From contig CAVNZM010000009.1 of assembly GCA_963693365.1 (NCBI GenBank), positions 7,917,408 through 7,981,407 on the forward strand: a DNA stretch of 64,000 nt, written 5' to 3'. Positions 61,813 to 64,000 of the stretch are shown here, one piece after another; position 1 is the first letter of the stretch; each line of letters opens with the position of its first letter. Below the pieces are notes generated by a model. It was given only the letters and a program-made list of their open reading frames with translations. It did no database searches and was not told the origin of the DNA. Source of the stretch: Amoebidium appalachense (taxonomy: Eukaryota > Protista > Ichthyosporea). The position numbers and the translations under genes are program-made.

Positions 61813-62662
61813 CTACATGTAATAATCATCATGAAAAGAGCATAAATGTAAAATTGTGTCAAGCGTAGAAGCAAACGATTATATAAATACAAAGGGCAAA
61901 ACGAAGCTGCAAACCAGTGCTGTGCACTCACACATAAAAGAATTTCTATGTCGATAAAAAAGCATAGGGGAAAAAAAGATCAAATCCCTTATCCGTACCA
62001 CCATCCTTAGCCCCCTCCCCTCCTTCACCACTCATACCTCCCCACACTAGTGTACCCCCTTTTCCTCTTCTCCCCCCCCCCCCCCCCCCCCCCCTTCCCC
62101 CTAGGCTACACACAAAGGGCATACCCCCTGCCCCCCGGCCCTCCCCCCCACGCCCCCAATACCCCACTCCCCCTCCGGCCAAAAAAAAAATGTGATTAAC
62201 GAGCTCTTATACCCCCCCTCCTCCTTCGACCCCCAACTCCTTCCGCCACCAGAACATAAATGGAAGGGTTTTTTTGTTTTTGTTTTTGTTTTGTTTTCCA
62301 ACTGAGCCACCCACTCCATCTTTCACTCCGAGCATATATAGCAAATTATTGAGAGGCAGTTTTCTAACCCCCCCCCTCCCCCCTCTCTCCCCACCCCACC
62401 CCATTAACTACTATGCCCCCTCCAGGAGTCCTCCCCCCCTCCCCCCTCCCCCCAATATCCTCCTCCTTCCGTCACCCCAGCATTATACACAGCGATTTTT
62501 CGGCTCGTGCGACCTACCCCCTCCCCCCCGCCGTCGACAGTTACATCACAAGACAAAAGGAGGAGATATCATTAGAGATAAAGACGTGGGGATCGAATTT
62601 CGCTGTGGTGCAGGGGAGAGGGAGAGGAAGAAAGGGAGTCTATCCAATGTAGCATGGAACCT

Positions 62663-62699
<37 letters not shown>

Positions 62700-62961
62700 T
62701 GTGTGTGTGTGCGTGTGTGCGTGACAGTGTGTATGTGTGTGTCAGTGTGTGTGTGCCTGCATGCGCGCATGTATGTGTGCCCGGTGTGCGTGTGTGTGCG
62801 TGCGTGTGTGATTGTGTGTATAAATGTGTGTCTGTGCATGTTTTTGTGTGTGCATGACATTGTGTGTGACTGTGTAGGAGCGCATGTGTGTGTGTGTGTG
62901 TGTAGGGTAAAGGCACATGTGTACATGTGTGTTTGGTGCCTTTTTTTTTTTTTTTTTTCTT

Positions 62962-63004
<43 letters not shown>

Positions 63005-63170
63005 AGATTCGGTTGCCTGTTGCGGAAGTCTTGATCCGATGGCATGCGCCTATGGGTGAGAGTTTTTGGTTTTGTTGTGGTGCATGTGTGTTAGGCATTA
63101 CGGCACGACTTTTTTTTTTTCATTCATTTATTTCTTTATTAACTTATTTTATTTTTTATTTATTGTTATC

Positions 63171-63213
<43 letters not shown>

Positions 63214-63335
63214 AGAGGGGGGGGGGGAGGGGGGGGGGGGGGGGGGGGGGGGTTTCAGCTGTACATAATGTGTTTGGCATTCCGTTGCACAACACTTTTT
63301 GTTCTATTTTGTGTCTGTGTGTGTGCGCGTGTTGT

Positions 63336-63373
<38 letters not shown>

Positions 63374-63578
63374 GGGCACTGGAGGGGGCTGACTCCACAA
63401 TGTGAGCCGAAGGGGCTCCACGGGGACTTAGAGGGATGATTCATTCCTGCCAATGGCAGTGATGCGTGATTAATAAGTTGAGACAAAAGGAAACTTGGGG
63501 TGAAGAATGCAGTAGTTGTGGTGTCTTTGAAAAGAAGTAGCCCGTTGTTCGTGGTGTGGTGGGTGGGTGTGAGTGTGT

Positions 63579-63628
<50 letters not shown>

Positions 63629-63949
63629 GGGCTCGGAGGTGTGGGGAAGGGAGGGGATGGTAAGATATCGATGTGCTCGGAGATTCGGGGTGTGTACGAG
63701 TATATGTAGGGGTGCATGTGAGCACTTCTGACGAGCACTTTGCTTTGGCAAGGCGCGTCCACCTTGAAACTTATGCTGCTTCACACGTGTGTACACGTGT
63801 GCTTTTTTCAAGCGGTTGTCAAAATCCCGACAATGTGCATAAGTGCGCTTAATTTGTGTGTCACACACGGCATTATGTGCAGTTATATGCACGTGGGGAA
63901 GCCGGTGAACGGTATGGGTGGCCCAAATAGGATGGGGCCGGCGCTGGGG

Positions 63950-63997
<48 letters not shown>

Positions 63998-64000
63998 GGA

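Noticed and set aside
62500-63460. Scattered minus-strand exon-like islands (62572-62602, 63017-63049, 63390-63446)
   Set aside because: Splice-like boundaries exist, but no consistent reading frame or homology could be assembled.

Overview
Eukaryotic genomic DNA with very dense introns, most of them filled with poly-C/poly-G runs and (CA)n/(GT)n/(GCGT)n microsatellites. An intron-rich unicellular opisthokont is plausible, but the taxon cannot be fixed from sequence alone. The window is dominated by a complete DNA polymerase epsilon catalytic subunit gene (POLE/POL2, + strand, 15769-52419). I traced 56 exons by hand; they sum to 6858 nt (2285 aa), and a perfect E2F site lies upstream. The left accessory region holds the 3' part of an apparently intron-free, bacterial-type NlpC/P60 peptidase, a decayed partial duplicate of POLE exons 5-6, a minus-strand atypical kinase pseudogene with five further orphan exons, and a LINE with a 981-codon APE-RT ORF ending in (CA)n plus an A-rich tail. 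The right side holds a possible small minus-strand gene and a 5-exon Swt1-like PIN nuclease gene. The most notable signals concern splicing: simple repeats anchored at splice sites, acceptors lacking a U-rich tract, GC donors and a possible GG donor, and tandem duplications of splice-site regions, including an AG|GT array that could support recursive splicing or nascent introns. Most ORFs in the supplied track are translations of microsatellites. No tRNA, rRNA or CRISPR array was found.
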